DNA from: Planctomycetia bacterium
Lineage (GTDB): Bacteria; Planctomycetota; GCA-002687715
DNA length: 51,901 nucleotides
Assembly (NCBI GenBank): GCA_005790545.1
Contig: SXUL01000011.1
Coordinates: 1 to 51,901, forward strand
Reading direction: 5' to 3'
This document shows positions 47,731-51,901 of this stretch, piece after piece; the stretch's first letter is position 1, and every line of letters begins with the position of its first letter. The translations under genes were made by a program, and so were the position numbers. The notes below the pieces were generated by a model. The model did not search any database. It was not told the origin of the DNA and was given only the letters and a program-made list of their open reading frames with translations.

Positions 47731-49638
47731 TCAGGGAACGAAGGTGATGCCGATGACGTTGCTCGAGAGCAGGCTGTTGAAATAGACCGCGTCGACGATG
47801 AATCCCTGCGTGTAGAACGTGAGTCCCGTCAGGGTCGCCGGCACGGGGATGGAGAGGTTCATGTCCCCGGCCGCGTCCGTCGCCGCGACGGCAAGCACCA
47901 GCGTGCTGCCACCAACGCCGATCACGCCGCCATGGCTCGGACCCGGCAGACGCGTGGTTCCGACACCAAGGATGGCCGTGGAGTTGGGCACGCCGTCAAG
48001 CGCGAGGTTGATGCTCGTGCCGACCTGGTGATTCACGGTCCACGCGGGCTCGCCGTTGACGCGATGAACGCAAAGCGCAAGCTTGGTGCCCTCCAGCGCA
48101 TCGATGCGGCCGGCACCCCAGTTGTTCTCCTTGCCGGCAATCGTGCCGCTCGCAACGGAAGTCTGGTGCACGATCATGGCTGCATCTTCCGGGGTCAAAC
48201 TCATGTTTGCGCTCTTCCAGAGGCAAAGCACACCGTTCGCGACTGGAGTCGCGTTGCTCGTGCCACTGAAAGTCACCGTACCGCACGCAGCAGTGCCGCT
48301 GGTCGTCGTGGTTCCAGTGGGAGCCGTCACATCCGGCTTCAGAAGCGCCATCTGCGACCCGCCGATCCACGGATAGTCGTTGTGATTGGCCGGATCCCAG
48401 TTGGCTGAGGGGAAGGCCGGATTCACAACCTGCGCATCAGGCAGATACCACGCGAAAGGGCCACAGGGGCTGTAGCTCGCGAGGTTGTTGCTGAGGTCAT
48501 GAGCGCCAACTCCGATCACGCCGCTCTTGCCACCGACGAGGGTCTGGTTCGGATCCATGTAGGGCGAGGGCAGGCAGCCGGGCGCGCTGATGTTGAAAGG
48601 CTTCCTGACCGTGGACGTGGCAGAGTTGCAGGAGGTCCCGTTGTTCGAGGTGGAGTTGGTGCGGATGAGCCCGGCCGCAAGCGTGGTGTCGCCCACTTGG
48701 CGGTGCATCTTGTAATTGGGGCTCGAGTTGTGCTTGTACGAGTGGGAGCTTGTCTGGCAGTGCGCACCTTCCGCGACCGCGTACGCGATGGCATCCCACT
48801 GCGAAGCCTCGCCGGAAAGCCGACCAGTCATCACCTTCGCACCGGGCGCCTGTCCGTAGATGACGCCACTGCAAGTGCCGTCTCCCACGAGGCAACCAGC
48901 GGTGTTTGTGCCGTGACCACCGGAGTCGGAAAGCGCGTTGCTGTTCGTCGCGAAGCTCCAGCCATTCACGTCGTCGATCTTGCCGTTGCCATCGTCGTCG
49001 ACGCTGTTGCCGGCGATTTCCCCTGAGTTCACCCAGAGTCGGGCGACGAGATCCGAGTGCGTCGCATTGATGCCGCTGTCGGAGTTCATCACCACCACGC
49101 CGGTGCCGTTGATGTTGCGCGCCCAGACCAGATCCGCCTTCGTGTTGACGGGACCGTTCCCCGGCGGGTTGGCCGCAGCGGCAGGCATGGCCACCCCATC
49201 CTCCACTTCATGAAGAGGCGGCGCGATGTCCAGCCACACTTCGGACACGCTGTTCAAAGCCGCGCCAGCGAGGATGACCGCAGGCGTTGCTTCGCAGCGC
49301 ACGATGTTCGCAAGCCAGTTGGGGATGACCGCTGCGACCGCATCCGGTGCAGCGCTTGCCAGCAGCTCCAGCACCTCGCGCTGGGTGCGCTGCGCGTGCT
49401 CCTTGCATTCATGCATCACCAACGAACGGCGCGCCTCGACATCCAGTTGCTGAACGCGAGGGAACCAGTGCTCATATCCGAGTTGTTCGCGCATCACGAA
49501 GTAGACAGGCACCTGCGCGTTCGCAGTGACGCCCAGAAGATGAACCGCCAGCTTCGGATGCAGCTTGTCCGCTGCCCCTTGGGCCGCAAGCGGCAAGACA
49601 CACGCCAAGAGCAGTGCGAGCAACATGAGAAAACGCAT
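47731..49638 (-). CDS. Secreted subtilisin-like serine protease (peptidase S8) with a C-terminal beta-rich extension.
   Basis: Signal peptide MRFLMLLALLLACVLPLAAQG. Catalytic triad contexts are VVMNSDSGI (Asp), HGTNTAGC (His) and GTSNATPVANG (Ser). Confidence 0.85.
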   Translation of the reverse strand: MRFLMLLALLLACVLPLAAQGAADKLHPKLAVHLLGVTANAQVPVYFVMREQLGYEHWFPRVQQLDVEARRSLVMHECKEHAQRTQREVLELLASAAPDAVAAVIPNWLANIVRCEATPAVILAGAALNSVSEVWLDIAPPLHEVEDGVAMPAAAANPPGNGPVNTKADLVWARNINGTGVVVMNSDSGINATHSDLVARLWVNSGEIAGNSVDDDGNGKIDDVNGWSFATNSNALSDSGGHGTNTAGCLVGDGTCSGVIYGQAPGAKVMTGRLSGEASQWDAIAYAVAEGAHCQTSSHSYKHNSSPNYKMHRQVGDTTLAAGLIRTNSTSNNGTSCNSATSTVRKPFNISAPGCLPSPYMDPNQTLVGGKSGVIGVGAHDLSNNLASYSPCGPFAWYLPDAQVVNPAFPSANWDPANHNDYPWIGGSQMALLKPDVTAPTGTTTTSGTAACGTVTFSGTSNATPVANGVLCLWKSANMSLTPEDAAMIVHQTSVASGTIAGKENNWGAGRIDALEGTKLALCVHRVNGEPAWTVNHQVGTSINLALDGVPNSTAILGVGTTRLPGPSHGGVIGVGGSTLVLAVAATDAAGDMNLSIPVPATLTGLTFYTQGFIVDAVYFNSLLSSNVIGITFVP

Positions 49639-49827
49639 GGAGGGTCTCCGAGGTGATCGGCGTGTCGGGTGGGTAGCCGCGTCCTCAGAGATTACTGCGG
49701 ATCGGCCCTTGATATCCAGCCAAAGAACCGGAAGAACCCGGCTCCCGGAGCGCATTTGTTCACGCTGGGGCCACTTGCCGAGAGCGTGATACTTCCGCAA
49801 GATCAGGGCGACCCTTGGATCGCCGTT

Positions 49828-49903
<76 letters not shown>

Positions 49904-49976
49904 CATGAGGCCGTCCGCAATCTGCGGGCGGCCTCATCGTGCGTCAGGGCAGCGCCCTGCGCCGGGACCGCCACCG

Positions 49977-50327
49977 ATGCCGCCTGTTCTCACCGCCATC
50001 GCCCTGCTCGTTTGCAGCAACGTCTTCATGACCATCGCGTGGTACGGCCACCTCGGCACCATGCGCACCCGGGCTTGGTACCTCGCAGCCTTGGCGAGTT
50101 GGGGCGTCGCGCTCTTCGAATACCTGTTGCAAGTGCCCGCAAACCGCATCGGCCATGAAGTTCTGAGCGTGGGCGAACTGAAGATCATCCAGGAGGTGAT
50201 CACCCTCGCGGTGTTCGTGCCCTTCTCGATCTTCTGGTTGAAAGAGAAGCTGACGCTCGACTACCTCTGGGCAGGGCTTTGCCTGCTCGGTGCCGTGTAC
50301 TTCATGTTCCGTGGCCGACTTGCTTGA
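49977..50327 (+). CDS. Small DMT-superfamily membrane protein (DUF486-like).
   Basis: About 116 aa with 4 TM helices. The motif LLVCSNVFMTIAWYGHL resembles the DUF486/DMT family. Start set at ATG 49977, downstream of the tRNA. Confidence 0.65.
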   Translation: MPPVLTAIALLVCSNVFMTIAWYGHLGTMRTRAWYLAALASWGVALFEYLLQVPANRIGHEVLSVGELKIIQEVITLAVFVPFSIFWLKEKLTLDYLWAGLCLLGAVYFMFRGRLA

Positions 50328-50336
50328 AGGCTGGAA

Positions 50337-51098
50337 TCAGTCGTAGCTCGAGAGTGCTCCGAGACTGATCTCGCTCACGGGCAACCACGATTGCCCGTCA
50401 TTGGCGGTGATTTCCACGAAGGTGGACAACCCATCTGCCGCGCCGCGCAAGCGCCAGGCTTGGCCGGCTCCCAAAGACGAAGTGGAGAAATCCGTGATCG
50501 GTGCAGCACACGGCTGCATCCAAGTGAGACCTTTCCAGCTCATTCCGCCGTCGGTGCTCTTGAAGGCGCTCTCGCGCGCCTCGCCGGAATTGGGGTCCAC
50601 GCATGTGAGCGTGACGACGCCGTCGGAATCTGTATCGCGCCTGAGCGCCTGAATCCCTGTGATCACGATGCTCTCACCCTTCACAGGCACGATGCTGTGG
50701 CGCCAGTGGCTGCCGCCGTCCTCCGTGCGCAGAACGATGGCTTCCGTGAGCCCCTTGGCGTCCACGCGCACACCGGCGACCCAGCCCCGCAAGCGATCCG
50801 CAAAGCTCGCACAATCCAGCCGCGTGCGCGCGAGTTTCACATGCTCGAATGCAAGCCTGCGCCAAGCGCTGCCACCGTCGCCGCTCATGAGCACGAGGCC
50901 CTCGGGGCTGCCATCGCTGTGCTGCACGTAGCCCGCAACCACGAGTTCCCGCGTTGAAATGGCGTGAATCGCGGTGGGCCGCACGTTCACGTAGTCGCCC
51001 GTATCGGCGGTCGGCATTTGCATGCCCGGTTCGCTTCGGCATGCACCTAGCGTGGCGATGAACATCGCACAGAGAATCAATCTCATCATGGCGGGCAT
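50337..51098 (-). CDS. Lipoprotein with BNR/Ycf48-like (sialidase-type) DGGxSW repeats, probably a beta-propeller.
   Basis: Lipobox IATLGAC after MPAMMRLILCAMF. Repeats: SGDGGSAW, TEDGGSHW, STDGGMSW, ANDGQSW. Confidence 0.65.
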   Translation of the reverse strand: MPAMMRLILCAMFIATLGACRSEPGMQMPTADTGDYVNVRPTAIHAISTRELVVAGYVQHSDGSPEGLVLMSGDGGSAWRRLAFEHVKLARTRLDCASFADRLRGWVAGVRVDAKGLTEAIVLRTEDGGSHWRHSIVPVKGESIVITGIQALRRDTDSDGVVTLTCVDPNSGEARESAFKSTDGGMSWKGLTWMQPCAAPITDFSTSSLGAGQAWRLRGAADGLSTFVEITANDGQSWLPVSEISLGALSSYD

Positions 51099-51559
51099 CA
51101 GGGTCCTCTGCTTCGTTCTCACCGTGGCCTTCGATCCAGGCTGCGCGCATCCACCGCGAGCACAGCGCCGAGATGTTAGCCGTGCTTCCGTTTTTCTGGG
51201 AACACACACCATTCCCGTGTGCCCCTATCGACGCAAACCCCATCTCTGGCCTAAGTAGCGTCCACGGTCGAGAAATTGTGGAAAAAAGTTGACTGAGGCC
51301 GCGCTTTGGTGGAGACTACTGGCGCTCCAAGGGTCCCGAAGCTGCAGGCCCGCAGCCCGGGAAAACCGCGTGAGATTCGCCCGGCCTCTGGCACCCGACC
51401 GGGATTCAACGAACTCACGCGATCTCGCCCTCGGAACTCGGGTTTCGAGTCTTCAGTTCGACATTTTTGCTCAGTTTCTGAACTCCGCCCGCTGCTACCG
51501 GAGGCGATGGCCCTCGCCCTCCGGAGTTCGGTGGTGGTCGGAGAGGAAGGGAATTTTCT

Positions 51560-51901
51560 ATGGCACTCCGCCACGTCCCAGGCATCGTCCTGGTGTGTTT
51601 GCTGGCTACGGCCTGCGATGAACCACTCGCTTCGAGCTCGGCGCTCCCGGGAGGAGAAATCCCTCCAGCGCCGTTGACCGCTGAGAACCACTCGGCTGGC
51701 GGTGCCACGAACAACACGTGGATTCCGCTTCCCGCGGCGACCAGACCGCAACCCACGGGCGGCGGCACGGGCGGTGGCACGGGCGGTGGCACGGGCGGTG
51801 GCACGGGCGGTGGCACGGGCGGTGGCACGGGCGGTGGCACGGGCGGTGGCACGGGCGGTGGCACGGGCGGTGGCACGGGCGGTGGCACGGGCGGTGGCAC
51901 G
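51560..51901 (+). CDS. Partial CDS, 3'-truncated by the window end: secreted or lipoprotein-like protein with a (GGGT)n repeat region.
   Basis: Hand-translated from ATG 51560: MALRHVPGIVLVCLLATACDEPLASSSALPGGEIPPAPLTAENHSAGGATNNTWIPLPAATRPQPTGGGTGGGTGGGT.... It has a signal-peptide-like N-terminus and no stop before the window end. It is absent from the ORF track. Confidence 0.4.
   Translation, partial: MALRHVPGIVLVCLLATACDEPLASSSALPGGEIPPAPLTAENHSAGGATNNTWIPLPAATRPQPTGGGTGGGTGGGTGGGTGGGTGGGTGGGTGGGTGGGTGGGTGGGTGGGT
51754..51901. repeat. Perfect 12-bp tandem repeat (cacgggcggtgg) of at least 12 units, running off the window end.
   Basis: Directly visible: ...cacgggcggcgg cacgggcggtgg cacgggcggtgg ... 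to position 51901. Confidence 0.95.

Noticed and set aside
51415-51900. Minus-strand ORF encoding (PPPV)n.
   Set aside because: It is simply the reverse-complement reading of the 12-bp tandem array. The plus-strand frame has a signal peptide and a plausible upstream spacer, so I favour plus. The choice remains unresolved without downstream sequence.
51754-51901. Possible CRISPR array, suggested by the tandem repeats.
   Set aside because: The units are 12 bp and directly abutting with no spacers. This is a microsatellite or minisatellite inside a coding region, not CRISPR.

Overview
This is a 51.9 kb, high-GC (roughly two-thirds G+C) bacterial chromosomal segment, densely coding on both strands. 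I support about 44 protein-coding genes, one tRNA-Pro(GGG), two candidate intrinsic terminators and one coding tandem repeat. The DUF1559-type prepilin-like protein and the many large secreted or lipoprotein 'hypotheticals' suggest a Planctomycetota/Verrucomicrobiota-like organism. Recognisable housekeeping genes are mnmA, yajC, a yraN-family nuclease, a pepP-type aminopeptidase, ribD, miaB, metK, waaA, secA, pyrD, lspA, an XerC/D recombinase, a family-5-like uracil-DNA glycosylase, uvrC, uvrB, fur-feoA-feoB, purD, an S8 protease and a flotillin. The high GC produces many long antisense and overlapping ORFs in the six-frame track, which I treat as artefacts. I found no classical defence or mobile-element cassette. 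The items I rate worth a second look are: (1) uvrB is split by a single in-frame TAA that replaces a conserved Tyr codon. (2) A DksA/TraR zinc-finger protein carries a roughly 150 aa histone-H1-like Lys/Ala/Pro tail. (3) A receiver-domain protein with inverted domain order is translationally coupled between pyrD and secA. (4) A secreted Pro-rich protein contains a roughly 110 aa Trp/Cys/Tyr-rich block plus tandem 11 aa repeats and a C-terminal TPR-like domain, and sits next to a coiled-coil plus beta-barrel outer-membrane protein. (5) A 12 bp tandem array at the window edge encodes (GGGT)n in a truncated secreted protein. (6) A 28 aa hydrophobic micro-ORF is coupled to a VWA plus HEAT-lipoprotein pair.
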